Position numbers and translations under genes: made by a program
DNA from: Dehalococcoidia bacterium
GTDB taxonomy: Bacteria > Chloroflexota > Dehalococcoidia > Lucifugimonadales > UBA3495
NCBI GenBank assembly: GCA_965220505.1
Contig: CBDCQE010000001.1
Coordinates: forward strand, 1,115,082 to 1,179,081
Length of the DNA stretch: 64,000 nt
Reading direction: 5' to 3'
Shown here: positions 51,817 through 61,132 of the stretch, piece after piece
Layout of the letters: each line of letters starts with the position of its first letter
How positions within the stretch are numbered: position 1 is the stretch's first letter
The notes under the pieces: model-generated
The model's input: only the letters and a program-made list of their open reading frames with translations
What the model was told of the DNA's origin: nothing
Database searches by the model: none

Positions 51817-52263
51817 CTAGCCGCTAAAGATTTCGGCGAGGCGCTGCTGCCGGAAGGCGAAAATTCGCCCGAGGTCGCGGCGAACCAACAAGCGGTCGGC
51901 CAACCACCCGCCGAACATGGCGTATTGCACGTGGTCGCCGACGAGGGTGCCGCCTTCGTGGGGCGTGAAGGTGTGCTCGTGGATCCAGGTTCTGTAAGGG
52001 CCCCGGACTTGCTCATCGACGAAACGGTGGGGTGGGTCCCAGACAGTGATGCGGCTGCGCCATTTCAGGCGCAGGCCATGCAGGCGCAGGCGATAGTCGA
52101 TCTCCGCGCCCGAACGCATGGTGATCGGAGCCGGAGTGACCACCTCGAAGCGCAGCCAGGGCGGGGTCAATCGTTCCAGGTTGAAGGCGTCGGCGTAGAA
52201 ATCGAACACGTCCTCGGGTTGCCGGGGCAGCCAATGCTCCATAGCCAGGATAAACGCCGACAT
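51817..52263 (-). CDS. SRPBCC (START/Bet v1-like) superfamily protein
   Basis: PEDVFDFYADAFNLERLTPPWLRFEVV...IDYRLRLHGLRLKWRSRITVWDPPHRFVDEQVRGPYRTWIHEH is typical of the SRPBCC family. Its start overlaps the glycerate kinase stop by 1 nt (TGATG). Confidence 0.7.
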   Translation of the reverse strand: MSAFILAMEHWLPRQPEDVFDFYADAFNLERLTPPWLRFEVVTPAPITMRSGAEIDYRLRLHGLRLKWRSRITVWDPPHRFVDEQVRGPYRTWIHEHTFTPHEGGTLVGDHVQYAMFGGWLADRLLVRRDLGRIFAFRQQRLAEIFSG

Positions 52264-53408
52264 CAGCGGTTACGTCCCAGCCCGTAGAGCCGAATTGCGC
52301 GCTCGGCGGCCCTTTCCAATAACTCCGCGCCGCGCTGAAGGCTGGATTCGAGATCGGCCGGTTCCTCGGCGATGGGCAGGATGGCGTCGATTCCGTGGTC
52401 GTAAAGGGTTTCGTAACCTGGTCCCAAGCTGCCGGCCATGAGCACGGTGGGGACGCCAAACTGACGGGCGCGGCGGGCGATACCCACCGGAGCCTTGTCG
52501 AACGCCGTGGAGCGATCAGCCCGCCCCTCGCCGGTGATAACGAAGTCGGCTCCGGGCGCGTGACGGTCGAAATCGAGCACGTCGCAGACCATGTCGATGC
52601 CCGAGCGCAATTCGGCGCCGGCGAAGGCGATCAGGCCCGCGCCCAAGCCGCCGGCCGCGCCGGAACCAGGGGTGTGCAGCACGTCAAGGCCCAGGTCAGA
52701 CAGCACCACGCGCGCATAATTCGCCAAACAGCCGTCCAATTCGGACACCATTTCGGGGGTGGCTCCCTTCTGCGGCCCGAAGATTGCGGACGCCCCGGTT
52801 TCGCCGCACAGGGGGTTGGTCACGTCGGTGGCTCCGATGATGGTGGTTTCGGACAACGCGGGGTGCAACCCAGTAGCGTCGACATGGACGAGGTCCACCA
52901 GGGCGGCCCCGCCGGGTGGCAACTGATCGCCGTTCACGTCCAGGAACCGGGCACCCAGGGCGGAGGCCATACCGGTTCCGCCGTCGTTGGTAGCGCTGCC
53001 ACCCAAGCCCACGATGATGCGTCGGTAGCCGTGGTCCAGCGCGGCGCGGATCAGTTCTCCCGTACCGTAGGTAGTGGCGCGGCGGGGGTCGCGACGGTCG
53101 TCGGGGATCAGGGCCAATCCCGACGCCAGGGCCATCTCGATGACAGCGGTTACGCCGTCGCCCATGACGCCCCAGCGTGCAACCAGAGGATCGCCCAGGG
53201 GGCCGGTCACCGGGGCCTCGCGATAGCCGCCGCCAGTGGTATCGATGAGCGCGGTCAATGTACCATCCCCGCCGTCGGCCACAGGGATCAGGATGGTTTC
53301 GGCGTCGGGCGAGGCCCGCAGGATGCCACGCTGAATGGCCAACGCGGCTTCACGGGCGCCGATGCTGTGCTTGAATGCCTGGGGGGAGATGACTATTCGT
53401 AGCGCCAT
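52263..53408 (-). CDS. Glycerate kinase
   Basis: IVISPQAFKHSIGAREAALAI...IPVADGGDGT...GGSATNDGG is the family signature. Length is 381 aa. Confidence 0.88.
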   Translation of the reverse strand: MALRIVISPQAFKHSIGAREAALAIQRGILRASPDAETILIPVADGGDGTLTALIDTTGGGYREAPVTGPLGDPLVARWGVMGDGVTAVIEMALASGLALIPDDRRDPRRATTYGTGELIRAALDHGYRRIIVGLGGSATNDGGTGMASALGARFLDVNGDQLPPGGAALVDLVHVDATGLHPALSETTIIGATDVTNPLCGETGASAIFGPQKGATPEMVSELDGCLANYARVVLSDLGLDVLHTPGSGAAGGLGAGLIAFAGAELRSGIDMVCDVLDFDRHAPGADFVITGEGRADRSTAFDKAPVGIARRARQFGVPTVLMAGSLGPGYETLYDHGIDAILPIAEEPADLESSLQRGAELLERAAERAIRLYGLGRNR

Positions 53409-53435
53409 TCCTGGATTATCTCACGGGCAGCCAAT

Positions 53436-53532
53436 TTGTCATCGCGAGGAGCGCAGCGGCGTGACAATCTCGTACCCACAGCCGGGTTCCTGGCTGCAAC
53501 GAGATTGCCGCGCTCCGCTCGCAATGACACTG
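53436..53532. repeat. Family-C repeat, complete ~97-bp inverted-pair (MITE-like) unit
   Basis: TTGTCATCGCGAGGAGCGCAGCGGCGTGACAATCTCGT at 53436-53473, facing CAACGAGATTGCCGCGCTCCGCTCGCAATGACACTG at 53497-53532. Confidence 0.75.
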
Positions 53533-53648
53533 TCCTCGTAACTTTAAACAGTTGCTCTCCTGGGCCCGAATAGGCACGGGGGGCAGGTTATGTTACCATT
53601 CGCGGGCGGTCGCCGAGGGTGACCTGAGATTGCCCCGGAGGGCGTGGG

Positions 53649-54980
53649 ATGCCGACGAAAGAAGAGTTGAAGGACCGGGCATTCGCCGAGATCGATTCCC
53701 GCGCCGAGGAACTGATCACCCTGTCCAAGCAGATCCTGGCCAACCCCGAGCCGGGCTTCCGGGAATTCAAGACCGCCGCGCTGGTCGGCGAGCAGTTCGC
53801 AGCGATGGGAGTGCCCTTCCGGTCCGGTCTGGGCATGACGGGCCTGCGCGGAGAAATCATCGGCGGCAGCGAAGGGCCGAGCATGGCGATCATGGGCGAA
53901 CTGGACAGCCTGATCGTCAACGAGCACCCGCACGCGGACGGGGACACCGGCGCGGCCCACGCCTGCGGACATCACTGCCAGATCGCCATGATGCTGGGCG
54001 TCACCAGGGCGCTGATGCGGGACGACGTCCTGCCCCACCTGAGCGGGCGCATATTGCCCATGGCGGTACCGGCCGAGGAATACATCGAGATCGAATACCG
54101 GGACCAGTTGCGCCGGGATGGCAAGATCGAATTCCTGGGCGGCAAACCGGAGTTCATCAAGCTGGGTGAGTTCGACGACGTGCACCTGGCCATGATGATG
54201 CACACTACCAGCGCGCCCAGCGAGAAGCAGTTGTGCCTCACGGGCACCAACAACGGCACCGTTGCCAAGAAGATACAGTTCGTGGGCAAGGGAGCCCACG
54301 CCGGCGGTTCGCCGCACCTGGGGATCAACGCGCTGAACGCGGCGACGTTGGCGATGTCGGCGATCCACTTCAACCGCGAGACCTTCCTGGACACCGACAC
54401 GGTTCGCGTGCACCCCATCATCACCAAGGGAGGTGAAGCAGTGAGCGCGGTGCCGGCGGACGTGCGGATGGAGACCTTCGTCAGGGGCAAGACCCTGGAC
54501 GCCATCATGGACGCCAATCGCAAGGTCGACCGCGCCCTGCGGGCGGGGGCCATGGCGATGGGCGCCACGGTGACCATTCAGACCATTCCCGGATATATGC
54601 CCATGTTGCAGGACGACCGAATGCAGGCCATATTCCGCGCAAACGCCGAAAAGCTGGTGGGCGTCGAGAACGTCGGTCGCACGGAGCACCGGACCGGCAG
54701 CACCGACATGGGCGACGTGAGCGCCATTATGCCCGTACTGCATCCCTACGTGGGCGGCGCCACCGGGATCGGCCACGGCGCGGACTACGTGATCCAGGAC
54801 TACCAGATGGCCGTGGTGACCGGAGCGAAAGCCATGGCATCTACGGTCATCGACCTGATGGCTGACGGAGCAAAGGAGGCCAACCAGGTGGTCGCAAACC
54901 ACCGGCCCGACATGACATCACGGGAATACCTGAAATTCATGCGGGGACTGGCGGCCGAGGAAACCTACACGGAGAAATAA
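53649..54980 (+). CDS. M20-family amidohydrolase/peptidase (AbgA/hippurate-hydrolase-like), paralog 1
   Basis: PEPGFREFKT and the metal-binding AAHACGHH motif. Length is 443 aa. RBS GGAGGG. Confidence 0.82.
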   Translation: MPTKEELKDRAFAEIDSRAEELITLSKQILANPEPGFREFKTAALVGEQFAAMGVPFRSGLGMTGLRGEIIGGSEGPSMAIMGELDSLIVNEHPHADGDTGAAHACGHHCQIAMMLGVTRALMRDDVLPHLSGRILPMAVPAEEYIEIEYRDQLRRDGKIEFLGGKPEFIKLGEFDDVHLAMMMHTTSAPSEKQLCLTGTNNGTVAKKIQFVGKGAHAGGSPHLGINALNAATLAMSAIHFNRETFLDTDTVRVHPIITKGGEAVSAVPADVRMETFVRGKTLDAIMDANRKVDRALRAGAMAMGATVTIQTIPGYMPMLQDDRMQAIFRANAEKLVGVENVGRTEHRTGSTDMGDVSAIMPVLHPYVGGATGIGHGADYVIQDYQMAVVTGAKAMASTVIDLMADGAKEANQVVANHRPDMTSREYLKFMRGLAAEETYTEK

Positions 54981-55067
54981 CCCCCGCGGCCCGTTCTGCG
55001 GGACCTCCCTCCGATACAACCTGAATCCAGCGCCCGAATCTCCCCTCCAGCACACGGAACGGATTGC

Positions 55068-56417
55068 ATGGCCACGCGCGAAGAACTGAAGCAGGCGGCA
55101 TGCGCCGCGATCGACCGGCACAGCGATGACCTGATCGCGGTGTCCAAAGACATCCTGGAACACCCGGAGCCGGGATACAGCGAATACCGGACGGCCCGGG
55201 TCGTTGCAGAGCAGTTCGCCAAGCTCGGAGTGCAGTTCCGCGCCAACCTGGCGTTGACCGGGCTCAAGGGGAATCTCAAAGGCGGCGCCGGAACCGGTCC
55301 GCGCGTGGCAATCATTGGAGAACTGGACAGCCTGATCGTGGACGGCCACCCCCACGCTGCCGACGCCACCAACGCGGCCCACGCCTGCGGGCACAACTGT
55401 CAGATCGGAATGATGCTGGGAGCAGTGATCGGGCTATCGACGTCGGAGGTGTTGCCCGAACTGAACGGGGAGATTGTGCCCTTTGCCGTACCGGCAGAGG
55501 AGTTCATCGAGGTCGCGAGGCGGTTGGACCTGCGGGAGCAAGGGAAGATCGAGTTCATGGGCGGCAAGCAGGAGTTGATCCGGCTGGGTGAGTTCGACGA
55601 CGTTGACATCGCGATGATGTGCCACACCGCCAGCGACATGGGTTCGCACTCCTTCGCCTTGGGTGGCACGAGCAACGGGCACGTGGTCAAGTACGTGCAG
55701 TTCAAAGGCCGCGCCGCCCACGCGGGATCATCGCCGCACCTGGGCATCAATGCGCTGAACGCGGCCAACTTCGCGCTACAGGCAGTGAACGCCAACCGGG
55801 AGCTTTACCGGGACCCGGATACGGTGCGGATCCACGGCATCATGACGCACGGGGGGCAGGCGGTAAACTCAGTGCCGTCGGACGTGCGGCTGGAATGGCG
55901 GGTGCGGGCGGGCACTCCCGAAGCGGTGGTGCGTTACTCGGACATCGTGGACCGCTGCTTCCGGTCGGGCGCGTTGGCGGTGGGAGCATCGGTGTCAATC
56001 ACCAACATACCGGGTTATTTGCCCATGCGGCACGACCAGAACCTGATGGACGTGTTAAGCGCGAACGCGAAAGATTTGCTAAAGGAGAGCCACGTTCTCA
56101 TTATGCCGCCCTCGCGTAACCGGGGCGGGTCCACGGACATGGGTGACCTGAGCCACATAATTCCGGCGATCCACCCGTATACCGCCGGCGCACAAGGAGC
56201 GGGTCACAGCTCGGAATACCTGATCATGGATTACCACCAAGCGGTGGTGAATCCGGCAAAGGTCATGGCGATGTCGGTGATCGACCTGCTGGCGGATAAC
56301 GCCGAAGGGGCGAAGCGGGTTACAACCTCGTTCCGTCCGGCGATGTCCAAGGGGTCGTACCTGAACTTCCAGCGCCAGCGTGCGGAAGTGGTCGAGTTCG
56401 ACGGCGCCTCTACCTGA
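55068..56417 (+). CDS. M20-family amidohydrolase/peptidase, paralog 2
   Basis: It is collinear with the upstream paralog (PEPGYSEYRT, AAHACGHN, HAGSSPHLGINALNAA). Confidence 0.82.
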   Translation: MATREELKQAACAAIDRHSDDLIAVSKDILEHPEPGYSEYRTARVVAEQFAKLGVQFRANLALTGLKGNLKGGAGTGPRVAIIGELDSLIVDGHPHAADATNAAHACGHNCQIGMMLGAVIGLSTSEVLPELNGEIVPFAVPAEEFIEVARRLDLREQGKIEFMGGKQELIRLGEFDDVDIAMMCHTASDMGSHSFALGGTSNGHVVKYVQFKGRAAHAGSSPHLGINALNAANFALQAVNANRELYRDPDTVRIHGIMTHGGQAVNSVPSDVRLEWRVRAGTPEAVVRYSDIVDRCFRSGALAVGASVSITNIPGYLPMRHDQNLMDVLSANAKDLLKESHVLIMPPSRNRGGSTDMGDLSHIIPAIHPYTAGAQGAGHSSEYLIMDYHQAVVNPAKVMAMSVIDLLADNAEGAKRVTTSFRPAMSKGSYLNFQRQRAEVVEFDGAST

Positions 56418-56429
56418 TCAAGCGCACGG

Positions 56430-57038
56430 CTACAGGCCGGCGGCGCGGGCCCCGACCATGAAGCCGCCGGCGATCAGTGGCACTGTCAGGTTGTCATCCA
56501 GCGGCAACGGCGCGAATTCCACGGCGGCCGCTACGATGGCGGTAATCGCCACGGCCCACGACCAGACCCCGAACCCTGCGGCTGCCAGGATTGCCCAGAC
56601 TGCCATCGAAGCAGCGATGAAAGCGAGGCTGCCCAGGGGCGACTTGCCCCAAAGGCGCGGGCCGGGGCAGTGCGGCCCAACCAACGCGCCCACTGGATCC
56701 CCGACGGCGACGAACATCAATACCGGCAAGGCCACGTCCATGCCGAAGAAATAGAACGCGAAGAAAACCGCGATCAACAGATAGGTGGCGCCGGTTATTC
56801 CCGTAGCTTCGGTTGGTTTCAGGATTGAGCTGAAAATACCCAGGTAGACGCGGTTGAAGAAACCGGCGCGCTGCCGGCTGACGTCCACCGCCAGTGAGAG
56901 CAGAGCGCCGCCGCCGACCAGGGTCATGTAGGCCGGCTCCGGCATGACGAGGGCCAAAAGCGTGGTGCAGCTGGCGGCGACCAGATGGAAAACCCGCCGG
57001 CCTACCGGTATGGAGTCCCTGCCGGCGGGTTGGCTCAT
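56430..57038 (-). CDS. Polytopic membrane protein, CTP-dependent polyprenol/diacylglycerol (dolichol/phytol) kinase-like
   Basis: It has 5-6 TM helices. VGDPVGALVG...WGKSPLGSLAF resembles the GD..A..VG....K(S/T).EGS motif of this family. The start is taken at ATG 57038. The listed ORF extends 74 codons further upstream without support. Confidence 0.5.
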   Translation of the reverse strand: MSQPAGRDSIPVGRRVFHLVAASCTTLLALVMPEPAYMTLVGGGALLSLAVDVSRQRAGFFNRVYLGIFSSILKPTEATGITGATYLLIAVFFAFYFFGMDVALPVLMFVAVGDPVGALVGPHCPGPRLWGKSPLGSLAFIAASMAVWAILAAAGFGVWSWAVAITAIVAAAVEFAPLPLDDNLTVPLIAGGFMVGARAAGL

Positions 57039-57138
57039 GCGAGGCACGACGATAGGACTGACGGCACTGCGGGTCGCGCCGGTCGGCTCATGCGAAAAAT
57101 CCGGTCGGAGCCCGGTTGGCGGCGCACGCCAATAACGA

Positions 57139-57816
57139 TCAAAAGTCGATGATGACGGTGTCGCCGGCGCCCCAACGGAAAGAACGGAACTCGGTGCCCC
57201 TGGGAGCTTCGAACACCATCCACCCGTCCAGGCCGGTCCCCCGGGGGAGTTGCTGGGCACGCTGGACCAACTTGACCTGGCCGTCAGGCTGCTGCTCCTC
57301 GTATACGGCGTTCCAGAGGAACCTGACGCATTCCGTGGGGGTCTCGGGATTCACTGGGACGTTGCAGCGGTCGGACGGTTTTTCCGGGACTTCGGCATCC
57401 TGCGCCAGGGCGCCTACGTTGACTGGAGCGTACTTGCCCTGGAAGAAGTCGCGCAACTGCGCCGAATCGCGGTCGATGTTGACAATGGCGCTGGTGGCGG
57501 TGTGGTTTTCGACCCTGACCCGCAGGAGAACCAGTTCGTTTTCGTCGGACTGCGGCGACAGCTTGTAGAGAGGCTCGCCAACCGCGCCCTGGGCAGGATA
57601 GCGGGTCGAGGTAGTCCAGCGCAGTTCATCGGTGCGCTGCAAATCGGCGACGCTGACGTGGAGGATCCGGCCCTTGTAATACCTGCCGATGTTGGGCGAC
57701 TGCGAGGAGCAGGCCAAGCTGGCCGCCAGTACCAGCAACGCCAAGAGGAAAACCGGCGCAGCCCGCCGGACCGAAACGCGACCGTGGAGCCTAGAACGTG
57801 TTGACATTTGCGTCAT
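57139..57816 (-). CDS. Secreted/lipoprotein-like hypothetical protein
   Basis: Signal peptide RRAAPVFLLALLVLAASLAC-SS (lipobox-like), followed by a beta-rich domain. The alternative start is ATG 57807. Confidence 0.6.
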   Translation of the reverse strand: MTQMSTRSRLHGRVSVRRAAPVFLLALLVLAASLACSSQSPNIGRYYKGRILHVSVADLQRTDELRWTTSTRYPAQGAVGEPLYKLSPQSDENELVLLRVRVENHTATSAIVNIDRDSAQLRDFFQGKYAPVNVGALAQDAEVPEKPSDRCNVPVNPETPTECVRFLWNAVYEEQQPDGQVKLVQRAQQLPRGTGLDGWMVFEAPRGTEFRSFRWGAGDTVIIDF

Positions 57817-57914
57817 TCCGGCGAAAGCCGGAATCCATTGAGTTCGAGAATAGGTACTTTTGAGATGCTGCGCTTGTTTGGAACACTGGATTCCGGCTCA
57901 AGGCCGGAATGACG
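57812..57914. repeat. Family-B repeat, ~103-bp MITE-like unit with inverted hairpin ends
   Basis: GTCATTCCGGCGAAAGCCGGAATCCAT at 57812-57838, facing CTGGATTCCGGCTCAAGGCCGGAATGACGG at 57885-57914. Confidence 0.8.
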
Positions 57915-57942
57915 GTACGGGGTTTCAAAAGATGAACACAGC

Positions 57943-59139
57943 CTAACCATCGCCGGTTCCGGACAGAGTAGGCAGTTGGCGCAGGTCATCGATGAGTTCG
58001 GTAAGCACGGACAACAGGCGGTCGACCTCCGCGTCCGTGTTGTGCTTGCCGAGGGTGACGCGGAGGGAGCCGCGGGCGGTATCAGCGGTCTGGCCCAGCG
58101 CCAGGAGGACGTGCGAGGGCTCCAGCGAGCCGCTGCTGCAAGCGCTGCCGCTGCTGGCGGCAATGCCCTGGAGGTCCAGACCCAGGAGGATGGATTCGCC
58201 CTCGACGCCGTCGAAGGAAAAGTTGACGTTATTGGGCAGCCGGTCGGTGGGATGTCCGTTGAGGATGGCATCGGGGATGAGTTGTCGGACCTCGGCGATG
58301 ATGCGGTCGCGCAGGGCGGCGCATTGGGCGCCAACTGCGTCGCGCTGGCTGTCGGCCAGTTCCAACGCCACGGACAGGCCGATGATGCCGGCCACGTTTT
58401 CGGTACCGGAACGGCGCTCGCGCTCCTGACCGCCGCCGGTGATCAAGGGAAGGTAGGGGACGCCCCGGCGTAAAAAGAGGACACCCACCCCTTTGGGCCC
58501 GTAGAACTTGTGGCCGGACAGGCTCATCATGTCCACGCCCAAGCGACGAACATCCAGATCCAGGAAACCGGCCGCTTGCACGGCGTCCGTGTGCATGACG
58601 ATAGTGCGGCTGAGAGCCTGAGCGCGGTCCTTGACGGCGGCAGATATTTCGGGGATGGGGTTGATGGTGCCGATCTCGTTGTTGGCGTACATTATGGAAA
58701 CGAGAGCGGTCTCCGGGGTGATGGCGTTGGCGACCTGCTGAGGGTCCACGCGGCCGTAGTCGTCGACGGGCAGGTAGGTAACCTCCCAACCGCGATTTTC
58801 CAGCATCTGGCACGCATGGAGGACGGCGTGGTGCTCGGCGGCGGCGGTGATGACGTGGCGGCCGGTCTCCTCCAGGGCGTAGGCAGCGCCGCGGATGGCC
58901 GCGTTGTCGGATTCGGTGCCGCCGCTGGTGAAGACCACCTCGCGGTTGCGGCAGTTGAGCACTTTGGCTACGCGCTCGCGAGCGGCGTCCAGGGCGTAGC
59001 GCGCCTCCTGGCCGACGGTGTGGACGCTGGAGGCGTTGCCGTAAAGCTGCGTAAAGTAGGGCAGCATCGCCTCCAGGACGCGTTCGTCCATGGGTGTGGT
59101 ACCGGCGTGGTCGAAGTAGATGTGGTTTTGGGTCGTCAT
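57943..59139 (-). CDS. Cysteine desulfurase (NifS/IscS class, PLP-dependent)
   Basis: [10 protein letters not shown], the [15 protein letters not shown]-lysine motif and the active-site SGSACSSG. The start is taken at ATG 59139 ([10 protein letters not shown]). Confidence 0.9.
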   Translation of the reverse strand: MTTQNHIYFDHAGTTPMDERVLEAMLPYFTQLYGNASSVHTVGQEARYALDAARERVAKVLNCRNREVVFTSGGTESDNAAIRGAAYALEETGRHVITAAAEHHAVLHACQMLENRGWEVTYLPVDDYGRVDPQQVANAITPETALVSIMYANNEIGTINPIPEISAAVKDRAQALSRTIVMHTDAVQAAGFLDLDVRRLGVDMMSLSGHKFYGPKGVGVLFLRRGVPYLPLITGGGQERERRSGTENVAGIIGLSVALELADSQRDAVGAQCAALRDRIIAEVRQLIPDAILNGHPTDRLPNNVNFSFDGVEGESILLGLDLQGIAASSGSACSSGSLEPSHVLLALGQTADTARGSLRVTLGKHNTDAEVDRLLSVLTELIDDLRQLPTLSGTGDG

Positions 59140-59223
59140 GACGCGTCGTGCTGAATCAAATTTTAGCATAGGGGCCGCCGGCATCCGCCCGCGGCCCGAC
59201 AGCGGCAAACCATCACAGCGCCG

Positions 59224-61116
59224 TCAGGGTAGCCACTTGTACCACAACAAAGCGCCGTAAGCGATAGTCACCAGCAATCCGATTACGATTGATGTGGTCT
59301 GCTCCAACCGTCGGCTGACCGCGTCGCGGAACACTACACCATATCCCTCGTAGAAAACTGCGCCTTCGTGGTCTTGATATTGCTGCTCTTCCAATATGTC
59401 GCCGGCCCGGTCGCGGTGCAGATCCCACACGTTGATAATCAGGAATACGATAACGGCGGAGAACAGCACCACCAACATTTCGACGAGGAAGCCGATCCAG
59501 CCGGTTACGCCGGGACGCGAGGCCATGCCGATGAACACGGTAATGCCGCCGAATATGATCAGCGCAAACAACTCACCGAACTCGATGCCCTGTTGCCGTG
59601 AATGGGCGATGACGTTGAGCTGGGTTTCGGCCTCGGCGAGTTGGACCTGATCGTCAGGGTTGGGATTCGATGCCTCGGCCCGGTCCAAACAATCCTTGGT
59701 GTCCTGGTAAGCGGTTTTCAGTTGTTCGGGAGTCACCGCCTTGTCAATGCTGATGACGTGCATTCGGGCGGCCTGGTGGATTACGTCGCGGCGGGCCAGC
59801 AAGTCAACGTTCTGGAACAGGGTGTAGAGGCGGTTATCCTCTTCCTGGGTCTGTGTGGATAGCCGGGCTACCCGGAAGGAGCGCAACAGAGTGAACACAG
59901 TGGCGGACAGGCCCAGGGCGCCGAAGTAGGTTTCTCCGGGCCACTGCCATTCACCAAAGGGCAGGTATTGCAGCACATCGTCCCGCAGATAGACGAAGGC
60001 GCCGCAGGTCCACAGGGCCAGCAGCAGAGCCTTGAAGCCGAACCTGACCTCCGCCTCAGAGTTAATCAGCAGGTTGACGATGACTATTCCTATGATCCCA
60101 ATGATGAGATAGTCCAAGTTCTCCGGCTGAGTCTGGGTGAGCAAAAAGAGCCATGCCAGGCTGAATACGGGAGCCGCAAAGGCCAGAGCGTTGACGCCCG
60201 CGTGGTGGGCAATAAGGTTGGCTTTACGCCAGGCCGCGTTGGCGATGCCGCTGGCTGCGCCGCCCACGACAATCGCGATGAAGAGCGAGCGGGAATCCAT
60301 CACTTCGCCGCTGCTGATTCCGACAAAGGTGTTCAAAAGGCCGGAGACGGCGCTGGCGATAAGGAGGGCAACCAGAAGGCCCAAGAAGTCCAAATCGCCT
60401 TGATCCGGGGCCTCGTCTTGGTCCGACTCATCGTCCGCGGTGACTGGCCGGCCCGCATGTGAAATTTCTTCCGCCAGGTCGGTTCCCCAGCGGAATCCGA
60501 AGGCGTTGCAGGCGGTGGCAATTGCGCCCAGCGTCGCGAGGACGACACCGATGACGAGCTCGGCGAGACGACCGGTTTCGACGTTCTGGAAGCCGCCGGC
60601 CTGCCCGACAATGATGAAGGCGAAACCCAGCAAGCCAAATGCGATCAACAACAATATTTCAGGGGAGAGCCGGTGGTATCGCTCTTCATGTTTGTACAAT
60701 CGGTCGTGAATGATGACAATGAAAATCGGCCAGGTACCGAACATGATGGCGCTGATGGACACGTCCACAAAGCGAGTCGACCAGGCCAAAAAGGCGAAGT
60801 TGAAGTTGGCGGCTATGGAGAGGACAATCCTGTGATCGATGGCACGACCAACGACCAGGCGCAGCATATTGGCGTTGAACAGCAGGGAAGGGTACCGGTA
60901 GGCGATAAAGACCAGACAGCCAAGGACGACACCGGCACTCATGGCGGCGTTGAACAGGAAGGGCGTTTTTCCGCCCCCACCCCAGGAAATGATCAGAGGC
61001 AGGGCCGAAAAGAGGGCTACGGCCAACAGCATGTAGGCATTGGCGAGACGGTTCCCAATCAGGCGGTCCCTGGCCATATTGGGTATCTGTATCAACGTCC
61101 GGGGCGCGTTTCTCAT
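59224..61116 (-). CDS. ~15-TM membrane protein of unrecognised family, tandem paralog 1
   Basis: RBS GGGAGG lies 7 nt upstream of ATG 61116. There are about 12 N-terminal TM segments; the first ~10 are DMT/EamA-like in layout only. A ~105-aa helical soluble insert follows, then 2 TM, a ~50-aa loop and a terminal TM ending LLWYKWLP. Confidence 0.7.
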   Translation of the reverse strand: MRNAPRTLIQIPNMARDRLIGNRLANAYMLLAVALFSALPLIISWGGGGKTPFLFNAAMSAGVVLGCLVFIAYRYPSLLFNANMLRLVVGRAIDHRIVLSIAANFNFAFLAWSTRFVDVSISAIMFGTWPIFIVIIHDRLYKHEERYHRLSPEILLLIAFGLLGFAFIIVGQAGGFQNVETGRLAELVIGVVLATLGAIATACNAFGFRWGTDLAEEISHAGRPVTADDESDQDEAPDQGDLDFLGLLVALLIASAVSGLLNTFVGISSGEVMDSRSLFIAIVVGGAASGIANAAWRKANLIAHHAGVNALAFAAPVFSLAWLFLLTQTQPENLDYLIIGIIGIVIVNLLINSEAEVRFGFKALLLALWTCGAFVYLRDDVLQYLPFGEWQWPGETYFGALGLSATVFTLLRSFRVARLSTQTQEEDNRLYTLFQNVDLLARRDVIHQAARMHVISIDKAVTPEQLKTAYQDTKDCLDRAEASNPNPDDQVQLAEAETQLNVIAHSRQQGIEFGELFALIIFGGITVFIGMASRPGVTGWIGFLVEMLVVLFSAVIVFLIINVWDLHRDRAGDILEEQQYQDHEGAVFYEGYGVVFRDAVSRRLEQTTSIVIGLLVTIAYGALLWYKWLP

Positions 61117-61132
61117 TCGCCGGCCTCCCGGT

